A stretch of 64,000 bases of DNA from Lepidodermella squamata (GCA_047495785.1 JBLDXI010000003.1:2232001-2296000); one strand, 5' to 3'; shown: positions 22,647 to 37,100, counted from the first letter of the stretch. The notes: generated by a model from the letters alone, not told the origin. Made by a program: numbers and translations.

Positions 22647-25238
22647 TCATTGATGCTCGAGATGAAAAATGAAAGAACGTGCCACGTTCCATTTTTTCAA
22701 GCGAATCGCCACGTCTAGTGGCCCATCTTTTTTAACATCAGACCTCAAAATAGACAGAGGAAATTTCGACGCGAGATAATCGATAATTTCAAAGCAGACA
22801 TCTTTTTCCACGGCCAAATCGAGCGGAGTTCTGCCATTTTTATCTCGAAGCATTCCATTCAATCCATGATTTTCCACAATTTTGTTCACCATATCAAAAT
22901 TTTGGGACATTACAGCAAGGTGTAGAGCATTCTGTTGCTTGCAATCGACAGCATTCACGTCACAGCCGTGTTCGATAAAAAAATCCAAAATCTGCGGCCT
23001 TTCAAACATAACAGCGAGATGAAGCGGGGTCTGGCCGCGTTCGGCATTTTTCTCATCAATCCAATCTGGGATATATTTGTAGATTTCGTTTAAAATCGGT
23101 AAGAAATCGGAATTTCCATCGGCGCATAGGTCTGAGACCAAGTGGAACAAGTTTCCAACGAATTGATCGATGACGCGAGGGCTCGAGCCCTTTTCGATCA
23201 AGTACTTGAAAACATCGCAGCGATTGAACTCGACAGCGTCTTGGATGCAAGTATTTCCGGATTCGCTAACAAAATTTACATCGAAATTCTGCTCTTCAAC
23301 TAAATATTTGACAGCTTCGAAGGAGTGTTGGCAGGCTAAATTCAGCAGAGGAAGGCCGAATTCAAATGTTTGGCGCGCTTTATCAGGAAATTTTTCGCAA
23401 AAATACTTCACAATTTCCGGGTTATTAGAGCAGTAAACGGCGGATGTTAAAGCGCCTTTGCATACGAAATATTGATAGGGTGAAAATCGTCCGTCTGCAG
23501 TAATTTCAACTTGCATGATTTCGGCGAGAAATCGACAGATTTCCAACCTCCCGTTCAGTGCAGCAACTCCGATCAAATTTGAGTAACGATTTCCGAATTT
23601 GAAAACATGATTAGATATGTAGTTTTCACTGCCACGGGGAAGACGGTTATCGAAGCATATCGATTTCACGGTATCAATGTCGTCTTTAATAATAGCGTCC
23701 GTCAATCGATCGATTTCGTAGGGAACATCGGCAAAATGCGCATCCGTTTGCTGAAAATTGGAAGAAATTAAAACCTGATGCAATGAAATATAAATTGAAG
23801 CTCGCAAACTGTTATAACAGCAGTAGAAAATATTTGGATTTGGTTTCAGCTGATTTTAACTGGCTTCAATTTTTTTCATTCAACAGAAGGAAATGAAATT
23901 CCGAATTTTCCGAGGCTAAAAATAAAAATTGAAAGATGCAATGGCTGTCATTGCCATGAAAAGAATTTTAATCGAGTCAAGTTTTAGTCAGCTTGAAATT
24001 AGTATGGTTGAATACTACCTAACTCTATTATCACATTATTTCAGCTTTACCTTCGGCAATGAACAACGGTTCAAATTCTTGAGCTCAGGCTCAACGTCAA
24101 CCTTGGCTGTTTCGCCAACCAAATCGCAAATATACTCCGATAGGAAGTCCACTGGTCGCAGGACCAACTCGGGTTCAAACCAGGCTCTTCGAGGATTCTC
24201 CATGATCCTGATCTACGAAACAAACAGGGATTAAAAATGGCTTTTTAACAACATGCTTTGGAACCTTTTTATCACTCTCTCGAATAGTTTGATAAACTTT
24301 AGCAACCTCCATCATATCCACTGCGGCCAAATTAGGAGGTGAAATTTCAGCCTGGGAGATCTCAAGTTTCTCAAAACGTGCTTCGATAATCATTTTACGG
24401 CGTTCATCGATTTTTCCCGATAGACTCGCGAGCAAATCGGCCCGTGCCTTGTCAATGGCTTTTCGAACCTTTTCGAACAAAGATTCAAAATGGGAATCGA
24501 TATCATTCGACCGAAATTCCTCCATCTGCCGGTCACTTTCAGCTAATTTCTCGTCGAAAGACTCGCGTAGTGCTTCCAAGCGTTCTGAAAACTAAAAATA
24601 ATAATGGATTCAACTGACAGTGACAATAATTCTGCGATTATTAAATACATTCATGGAGATCCAGCTCATTTCGAGTTTCAACCGCTCAGCGTGTCCCACT
24701 GAACACGGTTCACAGAAAATCTCATCGCAATGGGGGCATTTTGATGTTTTTGGACCGAAGCTATTTCCATGGGGACATTTTTCGCCAACCAAAATGGTTT
24801 CAGTACCAGAGTAAACCAGCTTTTCGCCGCTGTGATTGCTTTTCGAAGTGCTTGATTCGCCGTGAAAACTGGTGGGAAAAAATGAACTTTTCAGACCCTT
24901 CAACGCTATGATTTTCTAACCTCTACGGCTCAATAATACTGCGGAATAAAGTGGATTTCTGCAAATCGGACAGATCGAAGAATCGCCGGTTAATTTTTTT
25001 ACTGCGCATTCTTCACAGAACGAGTGGCCACATTGCATTAATTGGATTGGCGCGATAAATTTGCCGGAGCAAATATTACAGTCGAAAACCTAACATGATG
25101 GATTTTAAATAATTTGAAAATAGATTACAAACGGCGTCTCACTTCTAACAGCGGTCCGTCCAGCTTGAGAAAGCGACCGCATTTCGGAATTTCATCATTA
25201 GGAATTTCCTCAACAGGAGAAGGGCGCTTTTTATTCAT
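22647..25238 (-). CDS. TRIM-like RBCC-ankyrin protein, copy B, with an apparent 1-nt frameshift in exon 3
   Basis: Exons 25238-25143, 25089-24921, 24868-24649, 24591-24265, 24212-24051, 23750-22647. Exon 3 is 220 nt, whereas paralogs are 3n+2 (221 in copy A). All other exons are open. Confidence 0.75.
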
Positions 25239-25330
25239 TTAAAATCAACGGCACGATTCCTAGAAATATTTTTCATTTGCATAATGTTCCCTTCTTGCAG
25301 CGGTTGTGTTTCATTTAAAATTGATTGATA

Positions 25331-26509
25331 CCGTAACGGGTCCTAACTTTGGACAAAACACCTTTTTTAATTTAAAAAAATTCGGTTTTCGTCTAAAAAA
25401 ATGGAAAAAAATATCCAAACCTCCGCCCAAGGAAGCTGCGTGGACAGGTGAAGTTTGGACAATTTAGAAGCTCACCTTGATTTTAAAAAAATTGGTAAAA
25501 AAACCTCTAAATTTGGACACTCGTTCCCAAATTTGGACACCTCATTTGCATATGCTAATTCGACCTTACACACATTTTATTTCTTGTTGCGCAATTTTTC
25601 TCGTGTTTTTAAAGGCGACTTTTGTAGCCGCGCGCTTGAGACTAAAATAATGCTACCGATAGGATTCACTCATCGTCAGATTTAATGCAGATGTACGCAA
25701 TACCAATTATACACCAGGATCTTAATACCGTTAATGAACCATGAATCTTCTCAAAACTATGATAAACCAGGTGAAAATGTCTCTGAAGCACCGAGTCTCA
25801 TTTAGAAAGTAGACGGAGGGATATCAGTTTGAGGTTTGGATGAGTCGTGGAGTTTCTTTATCGCTGAACTATTGACATTTTTTACCGAAAGTGAACTGTC
25901 ATTTGTCCCATGGTACGTGCTGTTCACCTGTTTAATTAAAGCTGGCGCCGTCGGATTTGTATTCGGTTACATTATTATTCCCTATGCTCTCTAGCCAAAA
26001 TCATGAAAGCATAGCCTAGGCCGGGAGTCATTAAGCTAATTCCAAGGTTCTATCAATGCGATGCCATTCTTTTCAAAAACTGACAAAAAGCATACATTTC
26101 GTTTGCATATGCATAGAGATAAAAATATCATTAAAAGTGTCCAAATTTAGAGGCTAAATTCAAAGTCACCTGTATCAAAATTGGCTTGTCCTTCTGCCGA
26201 GATTTTTTTACAGAATTTAGTTTAGGTAAATCCCCATTTGCAAAAAAAATTTCAGCCCCAACCGTTCACAGGTGAGCATTTGGCAAGGGGGGTCCCAAAA
26301 CACCTTTCTGAGTGATCGAGCTTCGGCGATTTTTCGCAAATCGGTAGTACATGAAAGTATTGGCAAATTTGGTACCGTTGGAAAGCCCACGAAGGGAGCT
26401 ATTTTTCAGTGAAATTTCTAAACTTTTATCAGTTATGCACAAATTGATATTTGGGTCTAAAGCTCAAAGTGTCCAAATTTGGGGTGTCCAAATTTAGGGC
26501 GCGTTACGG
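25331..26509. mobile_element. Tc1/mariner(pogo)-type non-autonomous element
   Basis: TA|CCGTAACGGGTCCTAACTTTGGACA ... TGTCCAAATTTAGGGCGCGTTACGG|TA, i.e. TIRs with a TA target-site duplication. Confidence 0.8.
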
Positions 26510-26781
26510 TACTTGAGTTGATAAACATCGAAAAATCCTCCTTAATACAAATTTCAAACAATAATCAGTGACACCTATAAATGGGATTTGAGAAAACAGT
26601 AGATATTGAGCATTTGATCGCCATTTTCATTTGAAACGCAGCAGCCTGAAGCTCACAAGCAGTAAAACAGGTAAGAAATCATTTCAAAAATCGGAATCAG
26701 CCAGGTTACGAAACCGACATGCAAATATATACAAATCATGAACAAACGCGATGAGCTATAAAATGAAGTTTTAAAAATGCG

Positions 26782-29700
26782 CTAATTGGACAAAGAATAG
26801 TGCCTTTCGAGATGAAAAATGAACGATCGAACAATGTTCCACTTTTTCGACTTGATAGCCCTGTCAAGCGGCTCGGCTTTGCTGTTATCAGGCTTCAAAA
26901 TCGTGATCGGGAATTTTGACGCCAAATAGTCGATTATTTCAAACCGCACGTTCTTTTCGACGGCTAAATTCAACGGAGTTTTCCCATTAATTTCTTGAAG
27001 ACTGCCGTCTAGGCCGTATTTTTCAACCAATTTAACCACCATATCAAGATTTTGTGACATAACAGCGAGATGCAAGGCGTTACGTTGCTGATTGTCTACA
27101 GCCTTCAAATTACAGCCTTGATCAACGAAAAATTCAAAAATTTGAGGTCGGTCGACCATAACAGCTCGAAGCAACGGCGTTTGACCATCGTGCTTGTTTT
27201 TCTGTTCCTTCAAATCGGGAATGATTGCATTCAATTCGATCAAAATTGGTAAAAAATCGCTTTCATCCTTTTCATCGGAAAAATCCGAAACCAAGTGAAA
27301 TAAATTTCCGACATAATGATTTTTCACGCAGGGATCGATGCCTTTTCCAATCAGGTATTTCATGATGTCGCACTGATTAAACGTAACAGCATCAGCTATA
27401 ACATCGTCGTCGGCGTGTTTCAGGTCAAAATGCTGTTTTTCGATCAAATATTTGACAGCTTCCAATGATGAGCGGCATGCGAAATTCAAAAGCGGGAACT
27501 CAGTCTCACGTTCCAGTGCGGCTAGATGCGGAAATTTCTCGCAGAAATATTTCAGAATTTCCATTTTACCAATGGCAAATGCTGCGATAAATGCGTCGGG
27601 GCGCATGTAGCCTTTGCCAGGGACATACCGGCCTTCACCGGTCAGATCAACTTCCGCTTCCTCGACCAGGAATTTAATGCACTCGATTTTGCCCTCGGAT
27701 GTAGCGCCACTGACGAATGATTCGTAATCTCCGTCTCCTAATTCGAATAAGTAGTTGGAGATGTAATTGCAGGATCCTGGCGGTAAACGAGGATCGTAGC
27801 AGATTGATCTCAAAGAATTAACGTCATCTGCCAAGATTGCATCTTTCACCCGATCAACTTCATGCGGTATATCCGAAAAATGAACTTGTTTAGGCTGAAA
27901 GAAGAAAATAAAATAAATGCGTAATTTAATCAATTACATTTTCGAAAATTGTTATTTTTGCTATTCTTCAACGGAAATTATCCGAACAAATAAAACTTGC
28001 ACAAATTTGAAAAACTTCCCCTGGAAAAATTTCAAAGGAAGTGGCTATTCATACAAATCATGTACAACAAATTACTATTCGTACATATCGGGAATAATAG
28101 GTAGTATTCTGCTAGTAATAAAACACTGGAATCAACCGGAAAAGCGTTTAGTCTTGAATCCTTGCATGAGTTGCTATTGGAAGAATCTTAGGAATCCTCC
28201 GAAGTTGATGGCGATGTCTCCAAAGGTCGCGATAGCTACGTCGCTCGAAGTGGGTGAGCTGTTGAACCTATTGTCAACAACTTTTGACTACGAAATTTCC
28301 AGGGGAGGCATGGATTGCTGAACTAGATCTGGCTATGGAAGACAGGGAAGCAATTGCTGACCCCGAGGGTCTGATGACATAATGAACGCTATTACTCAGC
28401 TCATTTTTCACAAAATTCAAAACTGGAAATTTTCAACAACAAAATAAATTCCTTTTGCTAAATTTGATTTGATCATATTTTAACAAAAATTACAGGAAAG
28501 TCTACCAAACACTTGATGTGGACGGTAAAAGCCACTTCAAAAATTCTCAACGGTTACGGATTATTGAAAATGCAAAAAAGATATTGGCCGTACGCTACAA
28601 TATTCTTTGTTTTCTTCATTATTAAATGTTTCCCGTTTTCAATTATTTTTCCCCTAAACTGAAATTACCTGGAAATTTTGGTTCCATGCCAATTGAGCAA
28701 GGGCTTTTGAGCAATGATATGAGAGCAAACGAAATTATAGCAAAACGACTGTGGAGCAAAATGACACGAGCAAATTGTGTTTACAAAAAATAAGAGCTAA
28801 AACTAATTAGAGTGAACGGTCCTAACTTCGGACGGTGCCGCAAATTCGGACAGGGTAGTGTGCCTAATCAAGGTAATTAGAGCTATCGCGCTGCTAAGTT
28901 TGCGGCGATTGAAAAAACCAAAATGTAACTATTTACGCGATCAATTTTGTGACGCAACAATGGTTGATGAATCAAAACTGCTGAACGCAAAGAACGAGGC
29001 TAACCGCGAAAAAACGACGGAAAAATCGTGGCTTGAGAATCACTGAATTAAGTAATCCCCTTTGTACCAATCATTTTGCATCATTTGTATCTTGATTTCC
29101 GGTGTGTCCGAATTTGGGGCACTGTCCGAAGTTAGAACCGTTCACTCTAATTAATTTTAGCTCTTATTTTTCGTAAACACAATTTGCTCGTGTCATTTTG
29201 CTCTACAGTCGTTTTGCTATAATTTCGTTTGCTCTCATATCGTTGCTCAAAAGCCCTTGCTCAATTGTAATAGAACCGAAATTTTAGGTTACTGCTTCAT
29301 ACTCAAGCTGTTTCAAATGACATTCTTAGATCAGGGTCGAATCTCATTGGAATTTAATGCATAATTTGCCGGTTTCCTTAAAGGAAAATATTTCGGGGCA
29401 ATTTTAGCAATCCATAGTTTTTTCAGTTAATGTTTAATTCAATTAGAGGTGAATAATATAAAATTACGATGCAATTTGCGAATATAACCAAACATTTATT
29501 CACCTCAGGATCTGTTGAGTTCAAGTTCCTGTATTTCGGTTCGACGTCGATTACGGCAGTTTTATCGATCAAATCAACAATGCAAGTCGGCAGAAATTTG
29601 TCAGGTTGGAAAACAAGCTCCGGTTCAAACAAAACTTCACAAGGATCTTCCATCAACCGGAGCTAAAATCTCAACACAATGAATAGCAAAATTTCCATAA

Positions 29701-30708
29701 CTTTGTAAACCTTTTTATCTTTTTCGCGAATTTTCGCATGCATTTCTGCTGCTTCAGACAACTCTAGCCCGGAGAACTGCGAAATGCGAGAAATATCGAT
29801 ATCTTCATGAGAAATAGCGCCGAGGACGATATTTCGCCGCGCTTCGAATTTCGCAGTCAGATCTTGAAGCATTTTGACTCGAGCTTTTTCGATGGAATTC
29901 TGAATCGATTTGGTCAGAGAATCGAAATGAGAATCAATTTCAACGGCCATCTTAGACCGGATTTCTTCTATTTTCATATTAATTTCGACCATTTTTCCAT
30001 CCAAAGAAGTTGACGCTGCTTTAGAACGATCAGAAAACTGCGCAAGAAAAATTGAGAAAATTCAGGAAAATCGGGAAAATAAATGACAGACGTTGACCGA
30101 AATCCAGCTCATTTCGAGCTTGAGGCGTTCCGTGTGGCCAATAGAGCAAGGTTCGCAGAAGTTTACGCCGCAATGGGGGCACTTGACAGATTTCTCGCTC
30201 AAAAATTGCTGATTGTGGGGACATCTTTCGCCGACTAGAGCACGTCTGAAGTTATCGAAACTGCCCATAAAGTTACCTATTTCGGCGATTTTTCGAAGAG
30301 AATGATTCTGGCAAAATCCTTGCAAAAATAAATGGAATGCGGAAGAACATCAACAGGGTACAAAATGTACGTCTTGTTCCGTCCGGTTTCAGTTCGAAGC
30401 AACTTGCGGTTTTACAAACCGGACAGTTGAAGTATCTGCTAGTTGACGATTTCGTCAAATTGAGAGCGCATCTCTCGCAAAACGAATGGCCACATGTCGG
30501 AAAGATGATCGGCGAATAGAAATTTCTCAGACAAATCGAACAACTCGGCACCTAATTTTCAGCAATTATGATTAATTTGTGAATAAAATAGGCGATAAGC
30601 GCTTACTTCTAGCAATTTTCCGTCGAGTTCGACGAAATTGCCGCATTTCGGTATTTTAACCGATTTCGCCTCGTCAGAATCTTCTGGGTTCGCACGCTTT
30701 CCCAGCAT
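26782..30708 (-). CDS. TRIM-like RBCC-ankyrin protein, copy C, intact, about 702 aa
   Basis: Exons 30708-30607, 30551-30371, 30318-30092, 30037-29711, 29662-29504, 27894-26782, with the same phases as copy A and an open frame. Confidence 0.9.
28680..29277. mobile_element. Composite foldback element (outer arms plus inner TIR element 28810-29147) with 8-bp TSD
   Basis: Inverted arms of about 170 bp; GAAATTTT duplicated at 28672-28679 and 29278-29285; inner TIR GAGTGAACGGTCCTAACTTCGGAC. Confidence 0.85.
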
Positions 30709-31174
30709 AATATATACTTTCAAGTCAATCAATATCAGCCAGAATGCGAGCTTGATCTGCTGTTTATATTTCTTTTCTTCAAAGTTTAGAATCCAAGTGA
30801 GAAAATCGGAGGAAAAAATAACCCTACAAAATTAAACAAAACAAAAATCTTTTGGCGGAATTTGCATTTTGCGGAACCTTCGTCTAAATATGGTCATTAT
30901 GGTCATTGTTGCTAGAAAAATGGAATTCTCAGCATAAAATAAAATTCAAAAAATTATTGAAAAATTAATTTATTATCTCCAGAAAAAAATCAGGTTAATC
31001 ATTGAATCCCAACGTCACAGGTTCTTCATTTAATTTTGTCCGCCGAGCAACTATTTGAGATTCATACTATTAGAAAGCAACGAGAATAAACCTCTAAATC
31101 CGAGAACAATTTCTGAGAAAAAATTCAAAAAGCACCAAGAAAAATGTCAGTAATCTGTTCAAATGTTACACAGA

Positions 31175-34100
31175 TTAGTAAGGATAGTATTCCAGTTTCC
31201 GTTTAACGCTTTGCAGGTACTCCAACAAAACCCTAGCACCATGCCAATTTTGATACTTGATCGCCTCAACGATAGGCGACTCCTTCGCCTTATTCGTCTT
31301 GTGAATCAAATCCGGAAATTTCGAACATAAATAATGAATAACATCCGCCGATGGACGAGCTCGCATGCAATAATGAAGGACAGTACAACCGTACTTATCA
31401 ACACCCATCGGGTCCAGATGAGATTCTTCAATCAACATTCGAACAAGGTCGATAGGACCACTCATTCCAGCCGCGTGCAAAACACTGCCGCCCATAGAAT
31501 TGACATCATTTTCGTCACACCCTGCTCGAAGCAAGAATCGAACCATATCAACAGGTTTATCCATGCGAACCGCGGCACTCAACGGCTTGTCGCCATCTCT
31601 AGCCCTCGAGTAAATGAGACAGCGTTTTTTTCGAATCAACATTTCAGCCATTTCCAGGGCGCTTTCTTCCTCGCAACCTTCGAATACCGAAAATAGAACG
31701 GGCTGGCCGAATTCGTCTCCAACTAAACATTTCGCCCCTTTTTCGATCAAATACCTCACAATTTCCGGCTTGTCATAACCAGCCGCGTCGACAATTGGGG
31801 TCGAGCCTTTCTTATCTCGCCGATTAACGTCAAAACCAAGTTCTTCGACCAGATATTTAACGATTTCCAATTTGCCTCGGCAAGCGTAGTGGAGTAAGCA
31901 TCGATTGTTGTAGTCCCTCGCGTTTAAGGAGGACGGAAATTTCTGGAGTAAATACTTCACAATTTCGAAGTGGCCAGCGGCTGCGGCTGATAGAATAGCA
32001 CTTGGCATGGCTTTCTCTTCGCAATTGTACAGGCCCTTGCTGAATACATCAGCGCCCATTTCTTCGGCGAGAAATTTGACGAGCTCCAGGTTTCCAGATT
32101 CGGCAGCTCTGCAAATCACTGGCTCGCTGTAGTCGATGTAATTAGCGATAAATTTGCCGCAACCAGGAGGGATTTTCGGGTTCAAACAACTGGTTTTCAC
32201 GGTTTCCAGATCGCCATTCTTCAACGCCGTTGAAAATTTCTGGATCTCAAGAGGACGCAAGTTGGGCTACAAAATAAATCACGATAATTATTTCAAAAAT
32301 AGCAGATTTTTGGAAAACATAATTTAATAATTAATCAATTTAATTTAATTTAATTAATTTAATTAAAAATAATTAAATCGAAAAATTGTCATCGAAACAA
32401 ATTTATTACTGAAATTTGAGCTGTTATGAAAATGCTTAAAAACGCTCTCTCCCCGTTGGAGCCGGCCTCTACATTAGCGTAGTACATACTGCCGAGTTCC
32501 CAAGCTGCTCGCGGAAGCTATTTGCGCTGCAGCTATTCACGAAGAGCCAAACCAGGCAAAATTGGCAGAAGGTCCACCGAACACCGCCAAAGATCGCCGA
32601 TGTTTTGCTGATGGTCCTGAAATTTACTCGGTTCGTAAAATAATTACTAGTTTGTGTGCTGAATCGGCCTCCATTGGCCGAACTGCACGCGAAGAAGCAA
32701 TGCCAATGACAACCTCAGCCAAGCTGCTCCCACGAAGTTGCGTTCACAACAGACCACGGAATGAATGTTTATGTTTAGTTTAAATATTGGGAGAACTGTA
32801 AGAAACTACTACGTCGGAGCTGTGTTTATGCTCACCCTGATAATCCGGATGCGAACAGTCAAATGTCTGGAAGGCCTTCGTCGATTTGTTATCAATTTTA
32901 GAAACCGCAACTCCTATGCGATACTTTGGGCTGGTTTTTGGTTCGATTCCAACGCTTCTTAAGCGCCTCTTTCCGCCTGCCGCAAACACCAATGAATACC
33001 GAGACAATCTATCCTAACGGTAACTATGAACCTCGGAATAATGAGAGCTGGCTAGAATCGGCTAGAAGTGCCGCTGAGACGTGTCGAAGGCGGCTTGGGC
33101 GTGCAAAATCGACTTGCCTGACATAGAGACGCGCAAGGACGCGCCTGTCGAGCCCATACACAACATTTACCTAGGTATTGTCCGCTATCTGCTAATTACT
33201 TTTCGGCTCAACGCGATGAGCGAGTTCTAGATTGCGGATTGGCGAAACATGGAATTGCACGTTGATTTCGACCAATCGAAAGGGTCGGCTTCATTTTTTC
33301 TCTCCATTCGGAACTGCAATTGTTACCTAGATTTGTTCGAATTAATATCTGTGTCGGGCGCCCCTCCTCCTGGCTCTCCGATGGCCCTGCAGCCGCCGCT
33401 CCCGTCTGGCTCACCTCGTCCCGCCCATCATCATGTCTAGGTTCCTCTCGCTCCGCGTGTTGCAGTGGAACGCGGAGGGCATCCTCCGCAAGGAGTTCGA
33501 GCTGGCCTACCTCATCGAGAAGTATAAGCCTGATGTCATCCTGTTGAACGAGTCTCACCTACGCGAAGGTAATACGTTTTCCGTCCCTGGTTTCTTTGTG
33601 TTCCGGGTCGACCGTGTTCAACTGTCGTCCAACGGCGGTCACGGCGGCGTTGTGATCCTTGTCTCGTCCAAAGTCCTTGTCCTCGACTGCGCCACCATTC
33701 TGCACGCACCCGGTGTCTTCGGTGAATGGCTCGCCCTGGAGCTGGTTCTTGGCGACGCCGCAGCCTCAGCCCGCGTGACGATAGCGACTGGCTACAACCC
33801 TAGCTCTCTCAGCGACTCCCTCGATCCAGTGTTCCTCACGCGTGTTCTGTGTGCTGCCGCGCCTGATGCGTACGTGCTGTTTGCAGGGGATCTGAACGCC
33901 TGGTGCCCCGAGCTTGGGACCGCGCAGTGGAACGACAATGGCCGCATACTCAGCCCGCTGCTGGCGCTCCCCGGTGTTGCCCTCCTCAGCTCACCCAACG
34001 CCCCCACCCGCTGGCGTGCGGGTCACGTTCCCCGTGTCTTAGACGTTTGGATGAGCTCGCCCGCGCTCGCCGCCTGTGTCGCCAGGCCCCCGCTGGTCGG

Positions 34101-37100
34101 AGAGCAATTCGGCTCCGGTCACGCCATCACGTTTTGCGACTTCTCTGTGCCGCTACGCAACCCCTGGAACGCACCTCCCTCTGGCAACCTTCCCCGCCCG
34201 CAGCCCTTACGTTTCGATTTTTCCCGGCCGATTGGCCGACGTATGAACGTGAATGCGACTCCCGTCTGCCCGCCGTTGTTGGCCCCAAGGGTGGCCGACC
34301 CGATCGCAAAGCTGCCCGTCTTGCCCGCCTTGCCGAAAAAGAGCGCAATCCGGAAATCGAATTGCCCGAAATCGACCTGTCGGAGCTGCCCGAAATCGAC
34401 GAGCCCACTCTATGATATCGAGTAAATTATTCCAAGTAGGTACAACTTTCGGGCGCCGTGTGTCGCTGATGGACAGAAACTATTATATATGCCGTCGATG
34501 ATCGCCGCGACCGCTTTATGGCCGAACTTCGCAACTTACGCCAGAACGCTGGCAAAAATCACTTCTTGTTTGACAAGGAACGCGACAAGAGGATCGAGGA
34601 CATCCGAGCCGCAAAGAAATTAAATTTACTTGAGCGGCGGCGTGAAAATCACTATCGCATCTACACCGTTGATAGCGTCGACCGTCTCGTCGATCGCAAG
34701 ATTTATGAAAAAGACGGTTCGATTGCCTTCTATTGCTTCTCTTATCCGCCGCGACAGCAAGAGCTAGTGAGCGGAATACGAAAAGTTGTTCGGTGTTGTT
34801 GCTATGACCTATAATATCCACATTTTTTCTCACATTTCTGAGTGCATCTCACAATTTTTCGGTTCTTTTGAAAGTTTCATCAGCGTTATGAATCGGTAAG
34901 TTTAACAAAAAATTGATCAATTTTGGAGTTTAATGAGAATTATAATTCGTTTTAATCTAAATTCAATGAATTCCTATTCTCAGACTCTTTATAATTCTCG
35001 CGCAGCTGGAATAGAGGTTGTCACCACGCGGCGTAGTTTTATGCGACATTTTTCTCGGTAGTTTACTCTCTCATTTATTGCCTCCTTTAAAAGTCTCGCG
35101 TTAGATTTGGATCTATCCGCCGTCGCATGGTGTTGACGTACGAGGAAATGTGCGACGTTTGCGGCGACTTATCTTCTCTTAACCGTAATTTCTTAGTAAG
35201 CGAATATCCGTTTTTTCTCCGTTGGTACCGCACGTGAGTTTTTAACTGATATGTAAATTCTATAGTTGAACAATTCACGAAATTAGGAGCGAGTCTAAAT
35301 CAATTGGGGCCATTCGCATCCGCTTTCGTTACCGCCAAATTTGAGATAGTCAACCTTGAATGCCTCTTGAGTGACACTCCCAATCGAAATCTCTCTTTTG
35401 AACTAATTAGTTATTCAAACATATGAATTCTCAAACAATCCGCCTTTTGATTTAGATTTTTTTATCTAAATTATGGCAAAGCTAAAAGTTTTTTGCGGCT
35501 CCGTCGCAAAAATTATTTTATTTCCGCGGCCGAACTTGATCCGCTTGTTTCTCTTCGCGAAAAAATCGGCGCCAGTTTTCGCCTCACCAGCGATTTTTCA
35601 CTATCGTACCGGGACGGCGATGACGACTTTCTCCTCACAGAGGAGTCTGAGCTGGTCGACGCCATCAACGGCCCGGCGGAACTGCGGATAACTGTTGGCC
35701 CGCCCGTCCCGGCAGCAATCGACATGACGATAATGGACTTCAACTCGACCAGGACCTGCAAATCCCCAGTCAAGTCGGTGTTGAAGTCGCCAAGTCAACT
35801 GACTATAATGCTATCAGGCGGCCTCTGACATGAGTCAACTTGCACAATGTCGTCTCCATCGACAGCTTGTCCCATCCCAAACCCAACGCAATAGAGGCTA
35901 TTGGGTCCGTTCGTACTTGATTCACTTGCTACTTCAAGTTCATCAACTTCATATGCGGCTGCAGCAGGAGGACAAGCGGATCATAACATGATAAACGTGA
36001 TGCGAGGTTACTCACCCAACAACAATGACCAGCGGTCAATCAAGGTCAATGGCTCGTCTGAATCTGGCACTGAACCAGAGACGGGCGAAGCCATAGTTTT
36101 GCCTGATGTAATCCCGATGAACTATCAATACCTCGTGGATGCCAAACAAAAGTTTGAGGAATTGGTAGGAATGGTCTATTTCAATCAATCGGCCGTATCT
36201 ATTTTGAAGATGAGCAATTCGGCTTTGTCTATCACATCGTATCTCTCAGCCGACCATGGCACAGTCATTACGGAGAAACTACGTATTCGCCGATTAAACG
36301 CTTGTACGAACACAACAACAGTATGATGTGCATGTAAGCCATATCTCTCTTCATTATCCGTCTTTTAATTAGATGCCGGGGCAAATATGACACAAGGCGA
36401 TCAGTGGTTTCTCTACGCAGTCGTCTCCCAGCTGTCAAGTCGCCGAGAGCGGATGTATCTTAAGGCAGAGATGCATCGAATACTTGACCGGTATCCCGGA
36501 ATTTTGTCATGGCGATTGCGAGCGCAACTATTCAACGTCGGGGCCAACTGGCAAATTTAATAATGTTGACTGCCTTGTGGCACTACATTTCTGACGTGAA
36601 CCGTTTGCATTCACGTTGTCGCGCTGGCTCATGAACTCGTATCGCATCTAATCCCTAACGAACTTCAGTCTCTTACTCCGGTATTGCGCGGCATTCCTCG
36701 CCCTGGCCCCGCACTAGCTTCGGCCGAACCGAGTACGGCAAACAGTGGTCAAGTAATTGAAATTGAAGCCGCACAAATTAATCCAGGATATGGCTATTCA
36801 ATGGAACTAAACGCTGAATATGTTAGAGCGTCTTCTCGAGCAGAAAGTAGCATTGATTCTCTATGGTGCTCGGCACGATAAATTTCCGAAATTTAGCAAC
36901 TACAAGAGGTCGACATCAATCGACCAATTCTCACGAGCTTACGATCGAAATTTCGGCGAAAGAAGCCTTCATCCCTATTTTCAACATTGCCCAAGGTATC
37001 TACGAACTCAAACCGCTGCTAAAGCTGACACTATTAGAAGGGCTTAATCCGTGCCAAACACAAATCTTCAAGATACTACAAATGAGATTAAAAAATGACA

